Shown here in pieces: positions 30,414-44,162 of a stretch of DNA of 51,165 bases. Position numbers and translations under genes: made by a program. This DNA comes from Stramenopiles sp. TOSAG23-2 (lineage: Eukaryota), in NCBI GenBank assembly GCA_900128395.1, contig LT649267.1, forward strand, positions 1 through 51,165, written 5' to 3'. The notes beneath the pieces are model-generated. The model made no database searches. It was given only the letters and a program-made list of their open reading frames with translations, and was not told where the DNA came from. Each line of letters opens with the position of its first letter. Position 1 is the stretch's first letter.

Positions 30414-33400
30414 TTAATAATCCCCATAATACTCTTCCTCTTGTACAGCAAATTCTCCTAATGGATCGTACCATGTGTATTCACCTTCTTTCATATTAAA
30501 CCAAAATGGCAATTGTTGCACATCATCCCAATATTTATCCCATACAGCCAAACGCTCAATTAACTCAGATCGTTTTCTTCGTTTGTTCCATATTTCTGCC
30601 CAATCAGGTTCTCTCCAAAATGTTTGTCTTGTTTTTGCATGGACATAATACGTAGCAAAGCGTTTATCAGTTGCTTCTGGATCCTTTACTTGTTGATATT
30701 CTGGTGCTGGCAATTCAAATGCCATACCATCTTTGATAACAATAGAACGTTTTAAAACAATTTCTCCAGGACCGCCACCCTCGTACAATCCACCAGGTAA
30801 ACGATGCTTTTGAAAATCTTTCATATTTTGAATAACACGGTCATCTTCATCTCCACCAGGTAAATCTAATGCTTGTCGATAATATTTTTCTGCTTTATTC
30901 ATTTCTCCTTCAACACATTGTTGTATCAATGCCCAATTTAACCATGCTAATGGGTTTTTATTATTTGCCACTACAGACCAATGGAAAAACGACCCTTTAG
31001 CAACTTCGAATTTTTTCAATTTTGGATCCATTTGAATAGCTTCAGCAATAAGCCTTTGCCCCTTTTCCCAATTTTTATCACGTGGATATCCACCTTCACT
31101 AAGCAAAAAGATACCATAAGATGTTAATAACAATGGATTATGAGGTGCACGTTCATACGCTTTTTTATATTGTATTTTTGCCCCTTTGTAATCGAAATGT
31201 TGTGTATGCAATAATAATGCATAATTAATAATACTAGCTAATGAATCTGGTTTTGTTGCATATGCTTCCTCTGCTGTGTTGATAAATTTCAACGCACGAA
31301 CAATTTGCAGCATATCTGTAATAGCAAATTCACCAGCTTGCTTCTTCCGATATAAACGTTGTAACAATGTCGCCGCTTCAGTTTCACTTAACCATGATGT
31401 ACGACCGGTCAATGCGTGATAATAATATTTGCCACCATACTCATCAACCATTTCTACCCATTCATCAGGTGGATCCTCAATTTCAATTTTACCCAATTGA
31501 TTCGGTTTCGACCATGTGACTGCACCAGTCAAAGAGTTCAAATAATAGAATTGTCCAGCATTTGGATCCCAATGTTTTTCCATCACTTTTGACAATGCCT
31601 TTGCAAATTTTTCTCTACCTTTCTTTGCACGCCACATATTTTGTATACGTACGGCCATTTTTTCATTTCGAATATTTTCTTTTTCAAATTCCAACATTAA
31701 GACATCATGTCCTTTAATATGTCGTGGACGATGCGCTAAAAGATTACATCCGCGGCATATAAATATCCTAGCTAAAAACCATGTAATCAACTTATTGCGA
31801 TTCTCCGGTCTCATTAAAAACGGTATAGCATCTGAATCTTTACGTCCAAACCAACGATTTAATTGTTTCCATGATAATTCTGTACGATAAATTGCACATG
31901 AATTTGTATCATATACTTTGAATATGTATGATTTGAAATATTGATAAACTTGTACCACGCAAAAACTGCCGGAAATGGTTTTACCACGTCGACATACTAA
32001 GCTACCACGTTCACCAGCACCTTTTTGACTTAACACGATAATACTTCCCCCGTGTCTTTTACGATACATCAACTGATTACAAAGTAAACGCAAATTTGGT
32101 TTAATAAATAATTCTTTATCACTAATACTTCCAGTATTTAATGCTGATTCAATATAAGCACGAAGATCTTTACGTGCCATAACAAATGAAAAAGTTTCTT
32201 GATTCACTGGGTTGTATGTAATTAAATATATATCACGTTTCGAATGTTTATATATTGTGACAACATTGAGAATACCACCGATAGATCTAGATTCACGGAA
32301 AAGCATTGCATCACGCTTTGCACGGCGTTTTTCACGAATTGCTTCTTTTCGTTTTCGTTCTTGTGCACGAGCTTCTTCAACCTGTTATATAATAATAATG
32401 AAAAATTTTATGTTAGCAATATGAATCGTTTTATACATGTAGGTAGGAAAAACACTGTGTATATATATATATTCATTGTTTCATGATTTAAAGAATAACG
32501 TATGTTTTTACCCAAACATATATGTATTCTACCTGGAATATTATATGCTATGTTTTGTTTTGTTTTGTTACCGACCATTTCAACTTTTGCTCGTCTCAGT
32601 GCTCTGGAATGTGGCAGCCATCTCAATTTATGTTGAAGTCTTGCCCACATTCGAAGTCTTGAAAATGACGTCGTACTTATCCGAATACAATCCGCAACAA
32701 ATCTGACTGCCCTTTTTGCACTTTCACGAAGGGTACATTCCTATTTTATTAAAAGAAAACGATCAGAACAAACAAAACAAAACAATGCATATAATCACCA
32801 GGTAAAAGTTTGATCCCAATTAAATATATATAAGAGACACACATGTAAAAAAAGGTTGATAAAAAAGGTTGATTTCAAAAATAATGAAATGTCATAAATG
32901 CAATTTTCATATTTTTTCATTCATTATACGAATATTAATATGTTGTATTTTGATAGTATGTATGTAGGTCGATTTGATAATATACTTACAAGTTTTAAAT
33001 ATCTTAGACGTAATATACATCTAATAAAAAATTTCACGCGTATTAAATCAGTTGCTGATTTTATAGTCCAAAATTTCTTGTATTCAACATGCATACGCCA
33101 TTCTGCTTGAATCCTTCTTGCTGCTAACGAAATTTTAGCTTCCTTTACAATTGCTAGCCGTCTTGCCTCCTGCAATGTTTTGTAATTTTCATGTAAGATG
33201 TAAAGTATGTTAGTATTTATTGTATTTGTAATAGTATTGTACCAAAATATTGCATCGCAATTTTCATATTTGGATTCAAATACATGTATTATTAGTAAGT
33301 TATTTCTATATCTGTATACCTTCAATCAACAACTTACCTCTCGTATCTATAGAAATATATATATATAGACCGAGAAGTAAATTGTTGAATAGAACGACCA

Positions 33401-36400
33401 GAAATAAACATATAGATATATAAGAGACACACACGAAATAAAAGGTGGTAGTAAATGAAAATGTGAGAGTATGATGTCATCAAGTGACATTACAACCATT
33501 GTTCATATGTATATGTAAGTATTATATATACATAAGTAGAGTGAAAAATATAAATAAGTTGTTTCTACATACCATCCAAACTAATTCTGCACATTCTTCC
33601 CAGTGAAATACTTGTTCCTTGATAAATTGACGTGCAGCTGGGTTATTAATGCCTTCACCTTCAGTCTCTAACCATGGATATCGCATTTTTGCAACATTCG
33701 TAATTGCATTCCCCATGAAATTTTCCAAACTTAATCTTCGTTCATTTGCCGGTTTACTTTTGGCAAATATCAAATCGATATCAGTCTGTTTGATTTTCTT
33801 ACCATCCACAACACTAGGCAGTTGTTTTACCCACTTTGAAAATTTTGAGCCATCTAATTCCTTTGCAGTTGGCTTTAAATTAATCAAGTATTTATACGTT
33901 TTCACTGCTGCAAATTTACTTGGAACTTTTTCATACCACATCTCCTTCGTTTGATGTAAATCTTTCGGTTCTGTACCCAATAAAGGAATAACTTCACTCC
34001 ACATGATTTTATAACCGAAAAATTCTTGGAATTTTTTCGATTCCTCTTCTCGTAATTCCTCCTTTTCAGCTTCTGATGGACCAGTTATCTCGTCTTTTTC
34101 TTCGCCACGTTCACCAATGACTAGATATATGCGTTCATTTGGGCTTGACCAGTCGTTGTAAGCTTTTCTTAATGTTATGGTAGTTTCGTCAAAAGCATCT
34201 GTTTCATCTTTACTTATCCAATATAAATTCTGATCACCACCTTTATCCTTCCCGATTCGGATACGATGGAATCGTTGTAAAAATTTACCGGCAAGCGGTT
34301 CTGATGTTTTAATTACTTTCGAACCACCCTCTACTATGACACTTCCAGGAAGTCTTTGCATGTCGTCTTCAGGTGGTGTCTTTGGACGAGCTCTGCGTTT
34401 CTTTTTTTTATCATCTTTTGCTTTTGCTGCTTCTTCCTTTTCCTTTAATTTCTTTTTACGTTCACGCTCTTCCGCCTTTTTCTTTGCAGCACCGGAAGCA
34501 TTCATTCGCATGAAACCAGGAACTTTCTTCTTTTTCTTGCCTTTCTTTTTGCCCTTTTTCTTACCTTTCTTTTTTCCTTTCTTTTTACCTTTTGAAGTAT
34601 CAGAAGTTTCAGATGCAGAAGTCTCATCAGCTGTAGTTTCCTCTCCGGTGGATGATACGGCTGTTGATGACGCATCGCCTTTTGTAGTTCCACCTTCTGT
34701 TTCATCTCCTTCGTCAATACTACCACTTTTCTTCTTCTTCTTTTTCTTTGAAGCTTTTTTCTTGCCTTTCTTACCTTTCGACCGTCCTTTCAAACGTTCC
34801 CTTCGCTTTCTTTCATTTTTCATAGCTGCAACAGATTTTCTTTTCTTACCACGTTTACCACCTTTTCTTGCTTTTCCTGTACCACTTGTAGTACCACCAT
34901 CTGTATCGGTGTACAAACGATCACTACCACCACGTCTTTTACGGCCTCCACGCCTTCCAGATCGTCTATATAACACAGATCCGGATACGGTTCCATCTTC
35001 GTCTGTATAATACCGACGACCACTTCGACCATCTTCACTGTCGGACCAATCATCTTCATCTCCTTCAGAAATATCGTCCAAGACAGCGGAACTGCCAACT
35101 TTACCTAATACGCGTAAGCTATGAGGTATGCGACGACGTGATCTTCTTCGAGCTTTAACAGGGCGAAGCTGTAAAGATGGCAATGATTCTGCAACTGTTC
35201 TTCGTCGCTCTTCCGCTTTAGTAAATGGGCGACCGCGCCACATAAATTTAAAATCTTCAGGTAACTCTACATGGCCACCCAGTTGTTTCACAATCTCTTC
35301 TCTAGCTTGTGATAACGTCATACTGTCATCAATACGTATAGAACCTACAGGTAGTGGCCTATTATCTGCATCTTCAATGCCCATGCCTTCCGCCTTTTCA
35401 TTTTCACCCATATCTAAACCTTCTAAAGAGACCAACATATGAACCATGCGACGGAAAAGAACTGTTTCTAAACGAACAGTACTTAAGTCGAGTCCTTTTG
35501 ACGTAGAATTTAAAATATCAGTTTTTGAGCCAGTAAATAAGGAGCTGTCATCTTCATCCAATGGTACGAGCCGAAGCATGGCACTGATTCTTTCTGCCAG
35601 CGCAGCACGTTCCTCGAATGACATTGACGTTTCAATCCGATCGTCACCTTCAGATTCTAATAAACGTTTTGCATCATCCGCAGTTATCAATTTGGTCAAT
35701 GTATGCGTTGTGCTGAATTTGCTTTCCGCGATTCGTTTCTTTTCCTCTTCTGAAACAACATTATCCATATCCTCTTCAACTGTCATTGCTTTAAACAGCA
35801 ATGCATCATCTTGGATTTCAGCAACCAATGCTAAACGTATTCCACTAACTCGAACTTCTGTGTGCAATATTGTTTTGTCAATTTTAAAAATTTGACTGTT
35901 TGTACAGTAAAAGATGCGATCAATAACTCGACCCATAGCAGGTGCTAATCGCATTGTTTTTGCCGCTGCCATTCCTGATATCGCTGACATTTCTGACGAT
36001 AATAATCGAATATTAAATTGACCTTTTTGTGGGCAAGTGACTTTTAAATTAACAGCAGTTCCACCGGCTTCGACACTCACCGTCAATGCTACTGTACTCA
36101 TGTTGATTTCTTCAGTATCATTGGAATCACCCTTGCTTTCATTTGGTATGTGTGGAACGGTTAATTTATTCCTACGTAATGAGGTTGGAACTGCACGGTC
36201 TAATCCAAGTTGCCCACTATCGGCATTTCCAAGATACCACAATCTACATAATACCGCTTTTACCAATTCTTCATGGATGCTGACATCACCAGCGGAGTCT
36301 AGTAAATGTTCTTGATGAGCAAACAATAAAAGTAATTCACGACGACGTACTTGTAAAACATGATGTTTTTTCTTCTTATGATGCCAAGCAACGATTAAAA

Positions 36401-39400
36401 GCCCACCATCTTCGTCCCGTAACCTTCGTCTCCGAGGAGTTCCACTACCATCTGTTATTTCAACACGCATCATCATCGTTTCCGATTTTGACAAGCCATT
36501 GTCCTTATCTTCTTTCTTCATATTTTTTTTTCGTACCCTTCTTGCCCCTGTAAATATATCTCGTGGAAATGCAAAATGTAAATGTAATTTCTGATCAGTC
36601 GAGTCATTTATTGCAACTCCATTCTCATCAACGTTGCTAGTAGGATCTCCGTGAGTAGCGCGTAAAGTTTGAAGCAAAACTTGCATCCTTTGCTCGCAAC
36701 CCTCTTTTGGTAAAGATGCAATATCTTCCAATGACATATCCAATAATTTATGACAATATGTAGGATGCAATTGGGTTTGTGCACTGCCAGCACCACCAGG
36801 TTCATAGGCATCAACATTCAACCATCCATCTGAATGCCTTCTTATAAATGTTAGTACAGTATATGTTGTTGGATTCCCGACTTTTTCTTCGTCATCATTT
36901 TTAACACGATAACCGATGCGTAATAACGTGGTTCCTTCCACTCCCTTCTGCGTACGGCGATATTTTGCTGGCGGCGACGTTTTCTGTTTTAACTCAGCAG
37001 TTTTTTCTTCCACATCGTCATCATGGCCTTGGCCTTTTTCACCATCTGATAAAATACCACGAAATGTCAATGATTGACGCAACTTTACAAGTTCTTCTTT
37101 CAGGGCTAACATTCCAGCAGTTGTTCCTTGAGAACGTGGGCGAGACAAAGTTTTACGTTTCTCTCTGGCTTTTCTAACTCCTGAATCTTCCATATCTTGC
37201 TCCGCATCAGCAGTTGCATGCTCTTCCGTTTGATCCCCCCAGAGTGGATCATCTTCTACTTCCATCATTCTTCTGCTGCCATCCCCAGAACCTGGGGCAC
37301 CATATCGAGATTTTGCCCTTGCTGCAGATTCAAAGACTCGTTTGACATATGCACATATAGCCGCTGCACCTTGACTTTGCCTCATTAGAAGATCCTCGTT
37401 AAATAGTTTATCATCAATGTAACTTATTAACATTTCTTCTTTTTCTGGATGTAAAGGCACCCCTTCACGAAATTGCAATAAACAACGTAATAAATGTTCG
37501 CGATCAGCAGCCATTCTTTGCAACGATGGCCATTCTAATTCAACTTTAGATTTCGGGACAATTCTTTTACCCTCCTCGCCTTGATTTCTTTTGCGACTGC
37601 GACGATTGGAATTTGGATACAAAAGTATAAATATTGCTTCTAATGCCAGCTTAATACCTGCTGGTGGAACCGTATACGCTGCCATACTGCTTAAATCTGT
37701 TCGACTAATACCAGTCTTGCGTTTCACCGCTGCGTAATCAGATGGATGCAACCCTTTTTCTTTTCGTTTATTTTGATTTCGTGACGCAGCCCATGCTGCA
37801 TTTGATTCCATTAAATCTTCTTGCGACATCATATACGGTGCACCATCCATTCGCATTCGATTTTCTCTTTCTTGTTGTTGTTGATAGGTTTGATCAAGTG
37901 GATTACCTTGCATATCTACGCCAAGCCCATGTTTCAAACGTTTCTCTGCATCCATTAATGCAAGGGACGAAGCGTCTTGAATGCCAGGTGTATTGCCAAG
38001 CAATTTCATTGATGCTTTCTTCTCGTTTTCACGCACTACCGGTGGACTCGGCCATGCAATAGCTTCATCGGCTAAATTTTGCGAGTTCCAATCAGGAAGC
38101 ATCGAAGATGTTTTAATTAAGCCATCTTGTAAAGTCTTGAAAGTATTTTGACCATCTTCTTTCCTAACCGCATCGGCTGCATGAAAAAGTCGAACACTAT
38201 CCAATGCTTTTCCACCACTAGCAGCTGCTACAATATGCATAGGCATTGCTGATAATGTAGGGACAATGACTGGTATTTCAGGCGGGGACGTTGGCATATT
38301 AGACAACCCTCCAGGCAAGACGAAGGGATTCTTTATTAAGGAAAACCCCAATGCACTATTTAATTGTGTGATACCATCTAAAAAATCAATATCAGATGCT
38401 ATTTTAACTAAGTAATTGCGTTCATTCCAAATGAACGCTGGATAATTATCTGTTAAAATGTCCAAATCAGTTGCATCAGTAGCAGCTGTGTTTGGCCTAC
38501 TATTATTTTTTATACGTGCATTTTCTGCACTCATCATTTGCCATTTCACAACAGCTTCAACGGTATTGACGGTTGCCATTCTCAATTGGTCTAATACTTC
38601 CAATAAGCCAGGCTCCGTTGTTTGTTGTTCTTGTTCATCTAATATTGATTTCCGCAAATTTCCATGGGAAAATTTTGATTCGTTATTGCCATATTGATTG
38701 TTTTCTAATAATTGTGGATTAAATGATCCTAATGCTTTTTTATCACCGGACATCAATGCTGCTGATAATGTTGCCGCACGGCCTACTAATGATTCCCGCA
38801 CAATAATTGTTTTATATAATTCTATTTCTAAACGAGCGATTTTATTTGCTCGAATACTTGCATCGTCAACATTATTCCATCCTATGACAGAAGATTCTTT
38901 CTCAGCAGCAGCAGCACGTGCTGCACTAGCTTGCAATGCAGCCGCATGGGCTTGTGACATTAATGCAGCTTCTTTATGATGTTTTTTTGTTAATTTTGAT
39001 CCATTAAATCTTTTTGGAAATGCACTATTTTTAACCATTCTCATATAAGGAGATTCTTTAAATGCTTGCGTGCGTGTATATGTACAATTAGGGTCAACCG
39101 TGGCATCGTATCGAGGAATCAATGTCCCATACCCGCCACCTCTACTATTTGGCAATGGTAAACTAGATGAATTATTCCATCCTTGCTCTAATTTTACTTT
39201 TTTCTTTAAATGTTCATTTAATTTTTTCCTACGTTTTCTTCTTTGCTGCCTTGTATACATTTTCCCTTCATGAGCACCAAAATCTCGTTCAAATGTTTTA
39301 TTATTCATTGCATTCACCTTGGAACGTGCGTTTGCATAGCGTTGGATTAACATTGCTGCTTCTAAATCTGTTTTCTTTTCTATCCAATTGGGATCGGTCC

Positions 39401-40430
39401 AATCATACAATCGTTGTGATCGCTCCATGATTCGTTCTTGAAATTTACTTTTATGTCCAGCAAGTTGTTCACGTGCTTCCGTCACCAATCGACTTCTACG
39501 CTCTGCTTCCGGGGTTAATTGTACAGGTGTATTTGCACCTGCTCCTCTGATGGTTTTATTTATTGGAGACCATGGGGCATCATCATGTAAAATAGCTTTT
39601 CTCATTTTCTTAACTTCACGTGATAATACTTTTGTTTTTGCACGTTCAAATTCTAACGCAAATGGATTGCCTATTGACGATGAGTTGTAGCTACTTTTAC
39701 TGTTGGAGTTGTGATTAACCGTGTAATTTACATATTCATTATTATTGTATGGAGTAATATTGTTACCTTCACGACTTGGTACTTGGTCAGAACTTGGTGC
39801 AGATCTTGCAACACGTCGTATTTGGTTTTGTTTCATAAATGTATTTGGAGAGACTCCACGTTCATTTCCTCCTCCTCCTATTTGTGGAAAATATCCTGCA
39901 TCTTTATCATCATTATTATATATATTTATACCTTCGTTATTTCTATTGTCATTGTTTACACTGTTATCATTTATTTCAATATTATCAATTGCATTCTCGC
40001 TATCATGTATACTATTTAATGGTGTGTGAATTTTGCTATGCCCACTGTGCGATGATCGGGATGGAATCAGTGGTGGTTTGTGGTTGTTATTATTATTATT
40101 GTAACGAGAATTTTTGTTGTTACTTGTATTATTATCATTATCATTATTATTATTATTGTTATATTCAGAATAGTTGGATTTGTTTCCTTCCATATCACTG
40201 GTACTAGTTTCAAAGTCTTCAAAATCATCATAACTATATCCTTGTGTATCACTAGTTTCACCTAATATATCTACAGATGATTTATCTTGATAGTCTCTTG
40301 ACCCAGTAGTTGGTTTACTAAATAAACCATTATTTGGATTATTTGTATCAGATAATAAATCTATATTATCTATTGCCTCATCATCTTCATCCATGGTATG
40401 ACCTAATGTTTCTAAAATGGAAGACGCCAT
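30414..40430 (-). CDS. Giant ~3056-aa protein with dynein MTBD-like, ubiquitin-like, p25-alpha/TPPP, IQ, WW and TPR modules; exons 33573-40430, 32990-33169, 32576-32740, 30414-32381
   Basis: Three phase-0 introns (GTATGT..CAG, GTAAGT..TAG, GTCGGT..CAG) join the 2302-aa and 630-aa ORFs in frame. Motifs: DLSSMAAYTVPP..ALEAIFILL..W..AAAICAYV (MTBD-like); LDGSKFSK..TDIDLIFAK (p25-alpha); IQNMWR (IQ); FYYLNSLTGAVTWSKP (WW). Confidence 0.78.
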
Positions 40431-40946
40431 GTTTCTATCTATCTATCTATGTATGTGCGTGCGTGTGAAAGGAAACTTCTTCTTCTTATGCACAATTGAT
40501 TTGTGGTGTGATGGGGGGGGGGGGAGAATATAATATATATATATGATTCATCTTTCTGTTTTTACTAAGAAGTGTAATTATTAATCTATATATATATATA
40601 TTGATATATGCACTATTAACAACTATAATAACGTAAACTAAAATGGAATTAGAATGGAGATGAGATAAATGATCAACCTAAAAAGTGTATAATGCTATGT
40701 CATACTATAGATTTGTGAATATTAGCACCAAAATAACATTAGTCAATATAACAGATAAATAATAGAGGCCGATTTACAGTCGTCAATTAAATTAAATAGG
40801 AGCTTATACGAAGTAGCATACGGATAGCGTTTAGTAACATAGCATTAGCATTAGTAAGTCAAAAGGTTTTGTTTTAAGGTTTTCTCTCTGAATAAATATA
40901 AACAAAAAGAATTCTTTTTTTTGATATAAATTTTCTAATTTGTTTT

Positions 40947-42297
40947 TTACAATTTTTGCTGCTTTAAAAGTTTGATCAATGCATCAATTAATCTAGCACC
41001 TAATGTTTTGCTACGTTGCGGTGTCCATTGGCATACTGGCTCTGGATTATTAAATGTAGCATCTTTAAATGGCATTTCCAATGTTACTGCAAGGCAATCA
41101 AAACGATTTGTAATTTGATCCGCTCCCTGTGGAGCAATAGCATATGAATGAGTGATGTGTGTTAGAGAGAATGTCCATTTATATAAAGAATATAGAATAT
41201 TTACTCACAATTGCTAAATTTGCTTTTCCAGGTTCATCACTTCCATATCCTTTGCCTCTTTGAAAATCTTTTGATACTTCGCAATATGCATCTGAAAATT
41301 GATCAAATAAATTTTTTAATCGTGGAGACCAATTTGGACAACCAGCACAGTCCGCAAAAAAATTAGCCTCTATTTCTTCATCACCATGTACATCAACGTA
41401 TGCATCACATCCTACCAATTTTACTTGATTTAATACATGAAAAACTTCTGGACTTCTTTCAAGTGATGGTGCTTTATATTCTCCAGTTGAACACCATTCC
41501 CTATTCAAATTTGCCCCAGCAGCATTTGTTCGTAAATGTCCTCTAACAGTTCCATCTGGATTCATATTCGGTACCATATTAATAGTCGCTTGTTGCCTCA
41601 AAAGTTGTCCAGCTTCATTTGTTTCATCCAACAAAGCACCTATTAAACCTTCCATGAACCATTCTGCCATAGATTCGCCAGGATGAACACGGGCATTAAC
41701 CCAAATTTTTTTGGGTCCCTCTCCTACAATCAAATAATCAATTGGATGTAGATCTAAAGTCAAACCTAACACTCTTAAAGAACAAAGTGGGGACATTGCT
41801 GAATTTGCAATAAGTTGCTGATGTCGTTCATATGTGTACGGGGCAAAATATGCAAACCAAACCGTATCTTCAGTCGAAGAATGTTTCCATTCTAGGACAC
41901 CTTTTGTTTCATCATAGTCAGTCTTTTGAATACGAAACCAATTCTCTCTGTCATAACTAGCACACGTTTTATAATTCTTCCATCCTGTTGGATAACTAGA
42001 TTCTCCTGCGTTAACAATACGGTAATGGATAGTACGATCTTTAATTTGACTACTTCTAAAATAAAACCATTGTGCATGACATCGCTTGTCAGTTCCTTCT
42101 GTAAACGGTTCGCTACGAAGGCGTAAATTTGCAATAATAACATTGGATTGTTGATCAACATTTTCAATTAATATATTCCCAGAATCAAAATTAGCGTTGA
42201 TGCTTATACCATCTTTACCACCTTGATATGCACTTGGTAAAGAAGAAGAAGAAGAAGAATTTGAGGATTGTTTTGGAAATTCAACTACAGATGTCAT
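40947..42297 (-). CDS. Cytosolic (Nna1/M14D-type) zinc carboxypeptidase, ~422 aa; exons 41209-42297 and 40947-41126
   Basis: NFDSGNI, QWFYF, FAYFAPY, ARVHPGE, NPDG, RTNAAGANLNREW, DVHGDEE. An 82-nt GTGAGT..CAG intron restores the C-terminal FDCLAVTLEMPFKD containing the catalytic Glu. Confidence 0.92.
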
Positions 42298-42703
42298 TTT
42301 AAAATTTTCCTTGCTATAATGATGAACTATAAAGTTTAGATATCAAATTATTTCTTCAATTTTGGGTTATTGTGTATATTTATATTTTTTTTATCAATAA
42401 TTTAAATTATAATACTCTTGTATTGGTAATTATAATACCACAAAATAATAATAATTAATAAAGAAGATATGCACACATATATTATAGAAGATGAATTTAA
42501 ATTATTGCACTCTACTAATATTGAATAATTATTTATTATTACAACATCATTTACTAAAAAATTAAAAATAATATATATTATAGACAGGGAGAAGCCTGAT
42601 ATATAGAAGAATAGAAATACATATATACAACTTGAATTATTAAACTATTTATATTATTCATACATCATATATATATATATATATATATATTATTGAAAAT
42701 AAT

Positions 42704-43840
42704 ATGGCATCATCTTCGTATTATAACAACAACAACAATTTAAAAGAATTAGAACGTATTACATCTTCAGTAAATGATGCATTATTACCCTCTGGATTTC
42801 TAGAGGAAGAAGAGAATAATAATAATCATGTTGTATGTGGTGTCATGAGTATTATAACTTTTATTTGGTTGGTTGTATTTTGTGTCACTGGTGTTGGGCT
42901 TGGTTTATGTTATGAATTTTTAGAAATACACTCGTTACATCATGCACCAGGAGCAGCAAGTGATACTTTTTTTTTATGTCTTATAGGATATTGGTCTCAA
43001 GCACTTGTTGGTTTTTTATTTGCATTTACACAAAAAAATCCAATGCAAGGTGCATGGACTAATAAAGTCATATTAATGTTAGTATTATCAAGTATCTTTG
43101 ATGGATTAGCACAAGGATTGGATTTTATTGGTCAAGTACAAGGTGGCTATATGTTATTTACGATTTTTCACTCATCTGTGACATTGTTTTCATGTATTAT
43201 CGCAGTATTTGTTGTACAAGCAAAAATATCATCCATTCAATGGTTTGGAATTTTATTAGTTATTTTGGGTTTGTTTGCAACGGCAATACCCAATCCTATT
43301 GCTGCTCCAGGTGAATTTTCAATTGGTTTGGTGTGTTCATTAGTTGGTTCTTTTTTTCTTGCTGCTAGTTATCCATTTAGTGAAAAAGTATTTCGAATTG
43401 GACGTGAAACATTGAAAGGTCCAGTCAAAGAGGAAACAGCATGTTTTTTTGGCGCTTTAATCAATGCTGCAATTTATACGATTTATACATTTATACATAC
43501 AATACCAAGGTGGCAAAATGAAATTGTTGATTATATAAAACCTGGCAATACATTTTATGTTATCTTAGGATATGTATTATATGGCATATTAGTTGGTTTG
43601 CATTCATTATCATTTTGGAAAAGTGTAAATAAAATTGGAACTGTACCGACTGCAGTTGCAAAAGGCGCACAACAAGCTGGTGTATTTATCGTATCACATA
43701 TTGTTTATTGTTCAATTGATAAAAATGAATGTATGTTTTATAATCACGGTAATACATTGTGGAATAAAATGCAAAAAAGTGTTGCTGCAATATTATGTGT
43801 AATTGGTGTTGTCGTATATGCAATGTCAAAAAAGAAATGA
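42704..43840 (+). CDS. DMT/EamA (SLC35-like) multi-pass membrane transporter
   Basis: About 10 hydrophobic helices; FTIFHSSVTLFS..ISSIQWFGILLVILGL pattern typical of DMT-superfamily proteins. Confidence 0.75.
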   Translation: MASSSYYNNNNNLKELERITSSVNDALLPSGFLEEEENNNNHVVCGVMSIITFIWLVVFCVTGVGLGLCYEFLEIHSLHHAPGAASDTFFLCLIGYWSQALVGFLFAFTQKNPMQGAWTNKVILMLVLSSIFDGLAQGLDFIGQVQGGYMLFTIFHSSVTLFSCIIAVFVVQAKISSIQWFGILLVILGLFATAIPNPIAAPGEFSIGLVCSLVGSFFLAASYPFSEKVFRIGRETLKGPVKEETACFFGALINAAIYTIYTFIHTIPRWQNEIVDYIKPGNTFYVILGYVLYGILVGLHSLSFWKSVNKIGTVPTAVAKGAQQAGVFIVSHIVYCSIDKNECMFYNHGNTLWNKMQKSVAAILCVIGVVVYAMSKKK

Positions 43841-44162
43841 AAGGGAGGATCTATAGGGATATGATACATTACGCCAAACAAGAAGGAGAGTGAGTGTGTA
43901 TGAGAGAGATTGTAGAGGTACACGTGAGTGTGTGTGTGTGTATATATACATATTATATGTACAATTTCATATTTTACATCTTTTCAGCATATTTTTAAAT
44001 ATTATATTTCGGTAGTATTTTATTTACACACACATCATCTCGTCTCATCTCTACACACACACACACAATTCGCTCACAATTTATTTTCTCTCTCGCAATA
44101 ATGCTTTGCCCATTTAATATAAAAAGACATAATATGATTGTAGATATATAATATATTTTTCT

